Origin: Patescibacteria group bacterium
GTDB taxonomy: Bacteria > Patescibacteriota > Microgenomatia > UBA1400 > PJMF01
Assembly (NCBI GenBank): GCA_016861205.1
Contig: BOKX01000001.1
Span: 456,539 to 520,538 of the forward strand
Direction: 5' to 3'
Length of the DNA stretch: 64,000 nt
In this document: in pieces, positions 36,990 to 46,331 of the stretch
Position numbering within the stretch: the stretch's first letter is position 1
How the letters are laid out: each line of letters starts with the position of its first letter
Notes under the pieces: generated by a model
Database searches by the model: none
What the model was told of the DNA's origin: nothing
What the model saw: the letters and a program-made list of their open reading frames with translations, nothing else
Position numbers and translations under genes: made by a program

Positions 36990-39668
36990 CTAATATTTTA
37001 CTCTTTTTGTCTTATCAATAAACCCTAGAACTTTTCCCCAATTAATTATTTTTTTCAATTGCCAACGCATTGTATCTTCAGTGTATTCACACTCTTCTAG
37101 AAGTAACTTATAGCTTTCAAATACTGGAGAACCTTGGTTAATTTTTCCCCATATCTCAGAGTAGGGCTTTTTAGAAAAGAAAGGCTTCAGTTTATCAAGG
37201 AGATCCTCTTCTGATGTGAAAAATAGCTCTTCTTCTTGAATTAGGTCAAAAGCCTTTAAATTTGATTTACAACTAGTTGAAAGCCGATCATTGATCTCCA
37301 CACTATTAAGAATATTCTGTAAAACTTTGCGCATCTGAGAAAATGTCACAGATGGAATAAAAAAATTACTGCTTCTTTTTCTAGCTCTAATTGAATAAGG
37401 AAGAACACTGATATTACCAAGCTTAGCAATAATCTTATTATGGTCCGCTATATTTAGTGATATCGAACCACCCTTAGAAACTACTAGCTCTGTTCCTTGA
37501 AGCCATGAAAGAAGAACTTTAGAATATGTGCGCCATGTAGAATCTGATGCGCTCAGATAAGGTAAACTTTTCTTTAAATAAGAAGGAATTTCATCCACGT
37601 TTATTGACTCTTCCTTCCCGATTGAATTTAAGAGACTTGATATATACTTATTATTTACCAATTTTCTTCTGATATATTCGCTCAACCGAGCCTGACTAAA
37701 AATATCTTTTACATTTTGTTGTACTCTCCAATAACTACCGTCCTTGACAAAAATTTCAAGATTCATGATTTCTTTAATATGATTATACGCAGTCTTCTTT
37801 GAGAAATTGTACTCTTTCATCAATGCATTAATAGTAAATTTATTTCTGGACATAGCCCAATGAATGATCGAAAGAATAGCAGAAATATTGATTCTAAGGA
37901 TTATTGGTTGCTGAAATTCTGGCAGTTTACTATATACAAGATACTCTTTAAACACATCATTATAAGTATCATAAGTTTCCCCAGTAAGTCTGAGCAAACG
38001 TGCCTGTGTTAGTTTCTCTAAAATTTTGGGCAGTAACGGATCTTCATCGAATTGGATATGTAGTTGGTTATAAGTTGATGGCAATCTGGTTGCAATATTA
38101 ATCAGATATTGTTTTTCTATTTCATCAAGGCCTTCAAGTTCTTCATCAAAAAGATCTTTTAACTGCAAACCTTCTGATATAAGTTCTTTCTCAGACTTCC
38201 CAGTAGACAAAACTTTAAGGATGTGTGCTGCTGTTCTCTTAAGAAGCCACGGAAAACCTTGTGAAAACTCAAGTAAATATGATCTTATATCGCGACCAAC
38301 TTCGAATTCTGAGTTTTCATTAATTCCATCTATTAAAGCGATGGCTTCGTCAGGAGTAAAATCTGTTAATTTATAATGTTTTGACACTAAGTTCAGTTTA
38401 TCCAAGTTGATGCTTTTCTCATCATAAGTAGTCAAAAGATCATCTTTTCTTGCTATCACTATGAATAGATCTTTAGGATATTTTAGAGCGAGGTCTATAA
38501 GTGCCTCATAAGAGTAGTAGACATCTGGATTTGTAAATGTAGACTCAAATTGATCTATGATCAACAGAAATTTTTTCTTTTGTGAAAGAAAAAGTTCTTT
38601 AAAAGCATTCTCAACATCATTTATGTCAGCAATAATCTCATCAGTTGATGTTATATTTTGGATCAGTGTTAAAAAATCAAGTTGACTTTTGATATTTCTA
38701 GCATCATGAGTATGCACGACATTTGTTTTAGCAAGAAGGCTTTCTAGGTATACCAAAAGTGAACTTTTTCCAACTCCAGATCTGCTCTTAACTTGAATTA
38801 TATTAGGAGAACTACCTGTTTCTAAATGTGACTTTATTTCATGAATTAACTCAGATCTTCCAATAAAATATTTTGGATCAACAGGAAATCGATAGTCTAA
38901 CCATCCAGAGCCAACCGTAATATAGCTTGCTTGCCTATTAATTGATCTTTGTTTCAATTTTTTACCGTAAATAACCGGTTCGAAATTTTGAAAATCAGGA
39001 ATTCTTTGAACTACTTCTCTAAGAAATTTTTCATCTGAAACTAATTCAGATTTATCGTTAAATATAGCAAGGTATGATGGAGTTACGTTCTCCGTTGTTC
39101 CTGCAACTAGAACTATATATACTCCTATATTAGTTTTTAATAAGAAGTTATTTCTTGCGGTAAAACCATGTCCGGATAGTTGCTTCGTCAAAATCGCTAT
39201 ATTCGGAAGATTCATTACATCTATCATAGATGCCATTAGTTCTTTTCCTGACAAGGCTTGAATTTTTTTATCATCTAAGTCATCCAGATAGTTCTGTGAC
39301 TCACTAGATATTGATGCCGTCGAGAGGAATATCGCATCTAAACTAGGATCTTTTTTACGTGGTACAGCCAATTTCCCAATAAACGATGTCACTTTTTCAG
39401 CCTCGACTACACTTGAGTAAGCCTTTGCTTCACCTATTAATGTAGTACCAGTAACTTTATGTTTTCCTTCTATGTCATACTCTAAAGAACTTTTTTTTCT
39501 TCTTAGTTCAACCTCATATCCTACTTTGCTCAAGTATTCTGACAAAAGTTCTTCAAAAAGCTTTCCTTTATAGAAGGAAACATTGGAATCATTCGCTTTT
39601 TTATCAATCTGTAGAAACAAGAACATATGTCCGAATATACCCCAAATACCGTTTTTCTGTAAGAACAT
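36990..39668 (-). CDS. Mrr-like PD-(D/E)xK nuclease plus P-loop STAND-like NTPase plus C-terminal helical/HTH region, giving an Avs-like defence-protein architecture
   Basis: The N-terminus LFEELLSEYLSKVGYEV...EYDIEGKH...LIGEAKAY has the Mrr_cat-like D...(E)xK core. FIGRSELIHEIKSHL is an AAA_16/STAND-like lead-in. Walker A is RSGVGKSSLL and Walker B is FLLIIDQFE. An HTH-like segment FSKKTAYNHIKEIM lies near the C-terminus. GC content is about 33%. Confidence 0.65.
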   Translation of the reverse strand: MFLQKNGIWGIFGHMFLFLQIDKKANDSNVSFYKGKLFEELLSEYLSKVGYEVELRRKKSSLEYDIEGKHKVTGTTLIGEAKAYSSVVEAEKVTSFIGKLAVPRKKDPSLDAIFLSTASISSESQNYLDDLDDKKIQALSGKELMASMIDVMNLPNIAILTKQLSGHGFTARNNFLLKTNIGVYIVLVAGTTENVTPSYLAIFNDKSELVSDEKFLREVVQRIPDFQNFEPVIYGKKLKQRSINRQASYITVGSGWLDYRFPVDPKYFIGRSELIHEIKSHLETGSSPNIIQVKSRSGVGKSSLLVYLESLLAKTNVVHTHDARNIKSQLDFLTLIQNITSTDEIIADINDVENAFKELFLSQKKKFLLIIDQFESTFTNPDVYYSYEALIDLALKYPKDLFIVIARKDDLLTTYDEKSINLDKLNLVSKHYKLTDFTPDEAIALIDGINENSEFEVGRDIRSYLLEFSQGFPWLLKRTAAHILKVLSTGKSEKELISEGLQLKDLFDEELEGLDEIEKQYLINIATRLPSTYNQLHIQFDEDPLLPKILEKLTQARLLRLTGETYDTYNDVFKEYLVYSKLPEFQQPIILRINISAILSIIHWAMSRNKFTINALMKEYNFSKKTAYNHIKEIMNLEIFVKDGSYWRVQQNVKDIFSQARLSEYIRRKLVNNKYISSLLNSIGKEESINVDEIPSYLKKSLPYLSASDSTWRTYSKVLLSWLQGTELVVSKGGSISLNIADHNKIIAKLGNISVLPYSIRARKRSSNFFIPSVTFSQMRKVLQNILNSVEINDRLSTSCKSNLKAFDLIQEEELFFTSEEDLLDKLKPFFSKKPYSEIWGKINQGSPVFESYKLLLEECEYTEDTMRWQLKKIINWGKVLGFIDKTKRVKY

Positions 39669-39697
39669 TAAAGCTGGAGGATGTAATGAAAGAAACA

Positions 39698-39871
39698 GCT
39701 ATGCTAAACATGCAAACAATGAGAGCTAGTCAAGTTAACACAAAACCTACTGATGTGATGGACCTGATTGAGTGATTAGCCAAGTTAAAAAAGGCTGGAC
39801 ACTTGACTCACGAGGAATTTGATCATAAAAAAAGAACAACTGCTTGGGTAGTGGTATGTACACTAGTACTG
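39698..39871 (+). pseudogene. small SHOCT-like ORF interrupted by an in-frame TGA
   Basis: GGAGGA RBS, then MKETAML...DLIE, then TGA, then LAKLKKAGHLTHEEFDHKKR (SHOCT-like) and a hydrophobic tail. It is either a disrupted gene or two unrelated tiny ORFs. Confidence 0.2.
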
Positions 39872-40210
39872 ATTAGTACTAGTTAGATTAAAGAATAGTT
39901 TTTTTGATTAAGTTAAAAATATAAGTATAGAGTTATAGATTAGTAAGAGCATAGTTGGATTTCATTATTTTGGCACACTTGTGATAAAGATGGTGGTAGT
40001 TATGGTCGATGCAATTTTGACGTCGTTTTGGATGGTTTAAGTGACCCAAAAATTGTCCAAAACATCCAATCCAACCCACTATTTTTTCATTTCTTTTTGG
40101 TACGAAAATCATACGAAAACCTGACCGCTCAAATGTCAAAAGCAGGACCTATGAAAAAGTTTGATGAATCAATCAATGTGGTTGGCGTAGAAACCGTCAA
40201 TTCCATTATG

Positions 40211-40284
40211 TCGGGGAGACAGGACTCGAACCTGCGACCTCACGCACCCCATGCGTGCATTCTAGCCATCTGAACTACTCCCCG
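40211..40284 (-). tRNA. tRNA-Pro (anticodon GGG)
   Basis: 74-nt cloverleaf. Acceptor stem is CGGGGAG/CTCCCCG. D-arm is GTTC-AGATGGCTA-GAAT. Anticodon stem is CACGC/GCGTG with loop ATGGGGT (G37). T-arm is GCAGG-TTCGAGT-CCTGT. Discriminator is A. Confidence 0.85.
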
Positions 40285-40539
40285 TTAGACCCAAGTTCCC
40301 GTGCAAGCTTGGTGCAAGCTAGCTGCGGCATACTCCAGGTATGGAGATACTTCAACTTGGTGACAACCGCCTGATTATACCGTTACTTACTCGGTTTTCC
40401 CAGTCATTGGTCTTTCTTCGGGCACTAGTCCTTGTTATACTGAGGCTGCTGGTGATCGCTCCACTCGATAGACGACCACCGTAACAGCGCCGGATTATCG
40501 ACGTACACTAACACTACTCTGCCCGAGTAAAGGATCAAC

Positions 40540-41592
40540 ATGGCTAAAGCTAGTATTGCTGCCGCTAAAACGGCTCCTGCCGAAAACACCACTTCTGTCT
40601 CATCAGCTCGATCTCAGGCTGTCTCGATTGCCATGCAGCAAATCGAGAAACAATTTGGCAAAGGTTCCATCATGAAGATGGGTGAAAGTTTAAAAAACTC
40701 AACCGAGATTCCCACCGTCTCAACTGGTTCTCTGGCTGTCAACCTGGCACTAGGTGTAGGTGGCTTTCCCAAAGGTCGGATCATCGAGATTTATGGCCCC
40801 GAAGCCTCTGGTAAAACCACGATCTGTTTACACGCTATCGCCGAGATCCAACGTCAAGGTGGTGTTGCTGCTTTCGTTGACGTTGAACACGCTCTTGATC
40901 CAGCTCGCGCCCGCAAAATCGGTGTTAACTTAGATGAGTTGCTGATCTCTCAGCCAGATTACGGCGAACAAGCCCTCGAGATCACTGAGACGTTAATTCG
41001 CTCAGGTGGCGTTGATATCGTAGTGGTCGACTCAGTCGCTGCCCTGGTCCCCAAGTCAGAAATCGAAGGTGAAATGGGTGATGCTCAAATGGGTCTACAG
41101 GCTCGGCTGATGTCACAAGCCATGCGTAAGCTAACCGCTGCCATCAATAAAACCAAAACCCTCGTCATTTTCACCAACCAGCTGCGTATGAAAATTGGCG
41201 TCATGTTTGGCAACCCTGAGACTACCACTGGTGGTAATGCTCTCAAGTTCTACGCCTCACAACGCCTAGACATTCGTAAGATCGGCAACATTCAAGAGGG
41301 TGACAAGATAGTCGGTACTCGGCATCGAGTCAAAGTGGTCAAGAACAAAGTCGCTCCACCTTTCCGAGTTGCTGAGTTCGACATGGATGAAAACGGCGTG
41401 TCCCGAGTGGGTGACGTTGTCGATATCGGTACAGAAAAGAATGTTATCGAGAAGAGTGGCAGCTTCTATCGATATCAAGGCAATGTCTTGGCCCAAGGTC
41501 GGGAAGCCACTAAACAGTACTTGCTCGAAAATCCATCTGTCATGAAGGACATCGAGAAGGAAATCTGGAAACAAATTAAATCCGAGGCCTAG
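40540..41592 (+). CDS. recA: recombinase RecA
   Basis: Walker [11 protein letters not shown]1/L2 loop regions, and near-full-length similarity to RecA over 350 aa. Confidence 0.95.
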   Translation: MAKASIAAAKTAPAENTTSVSSARSQAVSIAMQQIEKQFGKGSIMKMGESLKNSTEIPTVSTGSLAVNLALGVGGFPKGRIIEIYGPEASGKTTICLHAIAEIQRQGGVAAFVDVEHALDPARARKIGVNLDELLISQPDYGEQALEITETLIRSGGVDIVVVDSVAALVPKSEIEGEMGDAQMGLQARLMSQAMRKLTAAINKTKTLVIFTNQLRMKIGVMFGNPETTTGGNALKFYASQRLDIRKIGNIQEGDKIVGTRHRVKVVKNKVAPPFRVAEFDMDENGVSRVGDVVDIGTEKNVIEKSGSFYRYQGNVLAQGREATKQYLLENPSVMKDIEKEIWKQIKSEA

Positions 41593-41600
41593 ATATACCC

Positions 41601-41628
41601 ATTTTTGATTGAATTATCAATCAAAAAA
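41601..41628. repeat. perfect 12-bp AT-rich palindrome immediately 3' of recA (candidate operator or weak terminator)
   Basis: ATTTTTGATTGA-atta-TCAATCAAAAAT. The half-site ATTTTTGATTGA recurs at 41646-41657, overlapping the -35 of the downstream promoter. Confidence 0.5.
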
Positions 41629-41653
41629 TGATCTGTCATGGTCTGATTTTTGA

Positions 41654-41682
41654 TTGACTATTCGTCTGTTTTGCGGTATACT
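41654..41682 (+). promoter_or_regulatory. sigma70-type promoter upstream of rny
   Basis: TTGACT, a 17-nt spacer, then TATACT. The predicted TSS is near 41689, giving a leader of about 240 nt. Confidence 0.5.
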
Positions 41683-41931
41683 AGCCAATAGTTACGCCTC
41701 ATTTGAGAGCGTGAATAAGCGTTACCAAACGTAAGAATTTACAATATTACTAGTCTTTTATGAGTTTTGGTAGTAAACATCTAGCCTCCACAGCCAGCCC
41801 CGCAGTCGCGGTGGCAGGTTTTGTTGGCTCGCCTAATCGATCTAGATAATCGATTCGCTTCTTCACCTCCTCTGATCTGAACGCTAACTGCCAGATTTAC
41901 GTAATTTGGCTTGATGATACAAAGGAGATGT

Positions 41932-43560
41932 ATGTCATTTTTTAGTAATTTATCGACGCTGTTCGCCAACCAACCGGCCAACGGCAAAACTGGACACCAG
42001 GCAGGGTCACCAGGCCCTAAACCAACTAAGACGCCAGTTCAACCTAAACCTACCCCTAAAGCTCAAGTGGCTAAACCGGCGCCTCAACCCGCCCAACCAG
42101 TCGCACCAGCTCCACGACCAGTTAACCAACCAACTGCTGCTCAAATCGACCAGCAAACCATGGTTCGTGAAGCTCAGGCAAAAGCTCGGGAAATTATTGT
42201 GGAGGCCAAAGATGAGGCCTTGGCGATTCGTAGTAAAGCGGAACGAGAAGCCCGCGAGTTAAACCGTGAGCTGGAAGAGCAACAACGCTCCCTCAACGCC
42301 AAACTTGACCGGATTGACGCCAAACTAAGCCAGATGGACAACCGCGAAGGTGAGCTGGAAAAAGATCGTCAAAACTTAACGAAGCTCAAGCAACAACTTG
42401 AAGAGTCAAAACAGAAAGTTCTGGACAAACTCGAAAAGGTTGCTGGACTAACCCGCGATACTGCCAAGCAGATGTTGCTGGAAGACCTGCAGCAAAAACT
42501 TTCCAAGGACATGGCTCAGCTGATTCGGCAACGCGAAGAAGAAGCCAAGAACGAAGCCGATGAGCGAGTTAAAGACATCCTTGTTGATGCCATGAAACAT
42601 GGTGCAACCGACTATGTGCCAGAGTACACAGTCTCAACTGTGACCCTACCTTCTGAGGAAGCTAAAGGCAAAATCATTGGTAAGTCTGGCCGCAACATTC
42701 ACACTTTCGAGCGCTACACCGGTGTTGATGTCGACCTCGATACCTCACCAACCGAAGTCCGGTTGTCGTGTTTTGATCCGGTCCGCCGAGAAGTGGCTCG
42801 GATTGCGCTGGAGCGACTGGTCAAAGACGGTCGGATTCAGCCAACTCGTATCGAAGAAGTAGTCGACAAAGTTCGCTCAGAGCTCGACAAGATCATGTTC
42901 GAGGCAGGCAAGAAGCTGTGTCACGACGTTGGGGTGTACAACTTACCAACTGATCTGGTTCGCATGCTGGGCAAGTTCAAGTACCGCTTCTCATACGGTC
43001 AGAACTTGATCGGTCACACCTTGGAAGAAACTAAGATCGGTATGAAGCTCGCGCACGAGCTTAAAGCTGATGTGAACGTAGTCAAACTCGGTTGTCTGCT
43101 GCATGACATTGGTAAAGTGTCGGATGAAGCTGACGGCAGTCACGTCGAGTTAGGTATCAAGATCGCCAAGAAGTATGGTTTGCCCCAACCAGTGGTGGAC
43201 TGTATCGCCCAACATCACGAAGACGAACCATTTACTGGCCCAGAGCAAATGATTGTGTACATTGCTGACGCGATCTCTGGCGCCCGGCCTGGTGCTCGTT
43301 ACGAAAACTACGACGAGTACGTCCAACGCTTAACCAAGCTGGAAAACATTGCCACACAGTACAGAGAGGTTAAACAGGCCTACGCTATTCAGGCTGGCCG
43401 TGAAATCCGGGTGATTCTTGAACCCAACGAATCAAAAGACGATGACGTCAAAGTCTTAGCTCTCAAGATCCGTGATGAGGTTAAGAATACCCTGACTTAC
43501 CCTGGGACCGTCACAGTGACAGTCCAGCGTGAGACCAGATCGCAAGAAGTGGCTACGTAG
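41932..43560 (+). CDS. rny: ribonuclease Y
   Basis: KH domain (KIIGKSGRNIHTFERYTGVDV), HD domain (HTLEE...LLHDIGK), and an N-terminal coiled coil. AGGAG lies upstream of the ATG at 41932. The N-terminus is Pro/Ala-rich rather than a clear TM helix. Confidence 0.88.
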   Translation: MSFFSNLSTLFANQPANGKTGHQAGSPGPKPTKTPVQPKPTPKAQVAKPAPQPAQPVAPAPRPVNQPTAAQIDQQTMVREAQAKAREIIVEAKDEALAIRSKAEREARELNRELEEQQRSLNAKLDRIDAKLSQMDNREGELEKDRQNLTKLKQQLEESKQKVLDKLEKVAGLTRDTAKQMLLEDLQQKLSKDMAQLIRQREEEAKNEADERVKDILVDAMKHGATDYVPEYTVSTVTLPSEEAKGKIIGKSGRNIHTFERYTGVDVDLDTSPTEVRLSCFDPVRREVARIALERLVKDGRIQPTRIEEVVDKVRSELDKIMFEAGKKLCHDVGVYNLPTDLVRMLGKFKYRFSYGQNLIGHTLEETKIGMKLAHELKADVNVVKLGCLLHDIGKVSDEADGSHVELGIKIAKKYGLPQPVVDCIAQHHEDEPFTGPEQMIVYIADAISGARPGARYENYDEYVQRLTKLENIATQYREVKQAYAIQAGREIRVILEPNESKDDDVKVLALKIRDEVKNTLTYPGTVTVTVQRETRSQEVAT

Positions 43561-43622
43561 TTCTAAAGTGTTACAATAGAGCCTGTACCGATACTTCGGT
43601 ACAGGCTCATTAGACAGGACAT

Positions 43623-43838
43623 ATGCACTCAGCTATTTTGGTTATCCAGATCGTGTTGGCCGTGTTGATTACCGGCTCAATTCTGCTGCAATCACAAGGG
43701 GCTGGTCTCGGCAGCACTTGGGGTGGTGGCGGTGAAACATACCACACTCGACGCGGTTTGGAGAAAGTTTTGTTTTACTTCACCATCGTCGCCACCGGCT
43801 TATTCGCAGTAGCTTCAGTGGCTGCGGTAGCTTGGTAA
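43623..43838 (+). CDS. secG: preprotein translocase subunit SecG
   Basis: 71 aa with two TM helices separated by LLQSQGAGLGSTWGGGGE, the SecG Gly-rich loop. Confidence 0.7.
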   Translation: MHSAILVIQIVLAVLITGSILLQSQGAGLGSTWGGGGETYHTRRGLEKVLFYFTIVATGLFAVASVAAVAW

Positions 43839-43844
43839 CACATC

Positions 43845-45248
43845 ATGCGGACCTACTATTGGTACGTTACTGCCTATCTAAAAAAACACGGCAAGATCGT
43901 CTTTTTGTCCATTCTGTTGGGCATCGTCTTGTTCATGATCGCCACCCCTTTCTTCTTGAGACGTTTATCGGCTAAACCGACCAAGTACATCGGCATGGTC
44001 GGTGACTACTCATTAACGTCGTTACCAATCAACATTCAACGCCAGCTCAGTTTGGGCCTCACCAACCTGGCAGCAGACGGGGCAGCAGTACCTAGTTTGG
44101 CCGAGCGGTGGATTGTTGAAGACAATGGTAAATCGTACCGATTTGTGTTGCGTCAAAACTTAACTTGGCAAGATGGTCGCCCTTTTAAGTCGAGTGATGT
44201 TAGTTATCGATTTGAAGGCGTGGAAGTCGTCACTACCCCAAATGATGTCGTCTTCAAGTTACCAGATGCCTATGCCCCATTTCCAGTGGTGGTCAGTCAG
44301 CCACTCATCCGCACTGAGTCGCAGCGTTACTGGTGGTTTTTTGTCCGGCCACAGCTGATCGGATTGGGCGAGTATCGTTTGCTGGACTACAAGCTGAATG
44401 GTCAACGTCTAACGCAACTCACTTTAGAAAGTAATCGTGAACGTTTGATTTATCGCTTTTATCTGACTGAAGATGATGCTGTGCTCGGTTTTAAGCACGG
44501 ACAAGTTGACTTGTTGCCTGACTTAGGAACAAGCTATGACTTGCAAAACTGGCCAAACGTCTCAATTACCCCCCAACTTCATACTGAACGGTACTTAGCA
44601 ATCTTCTTCAATAATGCCTCACCTTTGTTCCCCAAAAATGTCCGCCAAGCTCTGGCTTACGCCATGACCAAGCCTGATGCCTCAACTCGAGCTATTGGAC
44701 CCATTAACCCAAACTCGTGGGCTTACTTTGATGGCGGTAAAACCTACGACTATGACCTGGATAAAGCCCAAGAGCGGCTATTGGCTGAACCACCGACCCA
44801 ACCACTTAACATCGAACTAACAACAACCACGGTTTTCCAGCCTGAGGCTGAGCAGATTAAGCAGGAATGGGAACACCTGGGCCAATTGGCGGTCAAAAGC
44901 TGCCAAAATAGCAAAGATATCAAGGAGAAAGCTTTGTGTGCCAACATGCTGATCACAGTTAACTTGCGTCTCAACAACTATCCTGACACTACCAACTTTC
45001 AAGTACTGCTCATCGGCCAAGAGTCACCACCAGACCCCGATCAGTACTCAAGCTGGCACTCTGACCAAAGCACTAACTTCACCGCCTACAAAAACACGCG
45101 TATTGATAGTTTGTTGGAAAAAGGTCGCCAGACCATCGATCAAAGTGAGCGCAAAGCCATCTATCAAGAGTTCCAACAGTTTATGTTGGAAGATGTGCCG
45201 GCTATCTTCATTCGCTACCTGGAAAGCTACGAAATTCGGCGGAAGTAA
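43845..45248 (+). CDS. membrane-anchored family-5 solute-binding protein (peptide/nickel ABC-type SBP fold)
   Basis: N-terminal TM anchor and LAERWIVEDNGKSYRFVLRQNLTWQDGRPF matching the SBP_bac_5 N-terminal signature. No permease or ATPase lies adjacent. Confidence 0.6.
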   Translation: MRTYYWYVTAYLKKHGKIVFLSILLGIVLFMIATPFFLRRLSAKPTKYIGMVGDYSLTSLPINIQRQLSLGLTNLAADGAAVPSLAERWIVEDNGKSYRFVLRQNLTWQDGRPFKSSDVSYRFEGVEVVTTPNDVVFKLPDAYAPFPVVVSQPLIRTESQRYWWFFVRPQLIGLGEYRLLDYKLNGQRLTQLTLESNRERLIYRFYLTEDDAVLGFKHGQVDLLPDLGTSYDLQNWPNVSITPQLHTERYLAIFFNNASPLFPKNVRQALAYAMTKPDASTRAIGPINPNSWAYFDGGKTYDYDLDKAQERLLAEPPTQPLNIELTTTTVFQPEAEQIKQEWEHLGQLAVKSCQNSKDIKEKALCANMLITVNLRLNNYPDTTNFQVLLIGQESPPDPDQYSSWHSDQSTNFTAYKNTRIDSLLEKGRQTIDQSERKAIYQEFQQFMLEDVPAIFIRYLESYEIRRK

Positions 45249-45272
45249 AATGCTGGGCATACTATCTCGAGT

Positions 45273-46310
45273 ATGACCAAGTTAAACACCTCATCTTCTC
45301 TCCTTGACGCGCCCACCTATTTTTCGGACCTGTCTCAACAAATTTTGAACTCGACACAACAAGTCTGGATTCAAACAATGTATTTTGAACCAGGCACCAT
45401 TACAGGCACTTTGCTTAAGGCGCTGATCAAAGCTGCACAAAACAAAGTTGACGTCCGCTTGCATATAGACTGGTTTGGCTTAGCTACCACTGATCCGAAT
45501 CTTAACGTAGTTGCACAGGCACTCCTGACTAAACCCGGCCAAGCTTCGAGGCAAAAATTGCATCAAAAAAAGCTCACTTTACTGCGAGACCTCGAAAAGT
45601 CTGGCGTAAAAATTTACTTTACTAACCCACCTAATTTCGCAAACAAACTTTTACCCTATTGGAAGCGAAACCATGTTAAGTTGAGTATAGTTGATACGAC
45701 TACATATATAGGAAGTTGCAACATCTCTGATGACGATGCTCGGTATATTAACACGATGGTAAAAATCAATGATCACCATCTGACTAATTTATTGCAATCA
45801 TTTTTTTTATATTTCGAAGGCAATGCACCTTTGCCTCCCACTCATACCAAAGTGGATCAGCTAACTACTATTGTTTTTGACAATGGTCAGACAGAACACT
45901 CACCAATTCGTGACGAAGTGTTCAGTGCAGTCGGTAATGCAAAAAAAAGCGTCACGTATGTCAGCCAATTCTCACCGGACTGGCAGCTGTTAATGCAACT
46001 TGAAGCGGCTCGAGCCCAAAATGTTAAAGTAGAAATAATCGTCCCGCAAAAGAATACATTCAATTCCCTGTTTTCCAGTCACCAAGTCCTGAACTATATG
46101 CTTGCCAAGTTAGCTAGTCCACACCTACCACAAAAAAAGCTTGCTGAAATGATTCACGCTAAACTTCTGCTCGTCGATAACCAAACTGTTATCTTTGGAT
46201 CACACAACTTCAACTCAAGTGGAGTGCTAATGGGAACAACTGAGCTAGCTTTGATTTCACATCGTGCTGAACTTGTTACACAGTTTGTTAAATTCGTCGA
46301 AGACCTTTGA
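45273..46310 (+). CDS. phospholipase-D superfamily protein with two HKD motifs
   Basis: HVKLSIVD...IGSCN and HAKLLLVD...FGSHN, which match HxKx4Dx6G(S/G)xN. Confidence 0.8.
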   Translation: MTKLNTSSSLLDAPTYFSDLSQQILNSTQQVWIQTMYFEPGTITGTLLKALIKAAQNKVDVRLHIDWFGLATTDPNLNVVAQALLTKPGQASRQKLHQKKLTLLRDLEKSGVKIYFTNPPNFANKLLPYWKRNHVKLSIVDTTTYIGSCNISDDDARYINTMVKINDHHLTNLLQSFFLYFEGNAPLPPTHTKVDQLTTIVFDNGQTEHSPIRDEVFSAVGNAKKSVTYVSQFSPDWQLLMQLEAARAQNVKVEIIVPQKNTFNSLFSSHQVLNYMLAKLASPHLPQKKLAEMIHAKLLLVDNQTVIFGSHNFNSSGVLMGTTELALISHRAELVTQFVKFVEDL

Positions 46311-46331
46311 GGTTGAGCTTTAATCTAGGCT

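Noticed and set aside
40028-40273. ORF 40028..40273(+) and ORF 39933..40139(-)
   Set aside because: The first overlaps tRNA-Pro, and both lie in AT-rich non-coding island sequence with no motifs. They are treated as non-coding.
40301-40320. Tandem GTGCAAGCT-TG-GTGCAAGCT duplication upstream of tRNA-Pro
   Set aside because: It is very short (2 x 9 bp) and lies where the tRNA promoter is expected (duplicated TTGCAC -35-like hexamers on the minus strand). It is probably promoter architecture rather than a mobile-element repeat.
41690-41931. Known structured ncRNA (SRP RNA, RNase P RNA, 6S, tmRNA) in the recA-rny intergenic leader
   Set aside because: No match was seen to the conserved cores of these RNAs (for example the SRP domain IV GGAA/AGCAG motifs or the RNase P GNRA-tetraloop P4 sequences). 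The region is kept as an uncharacterised leader only.
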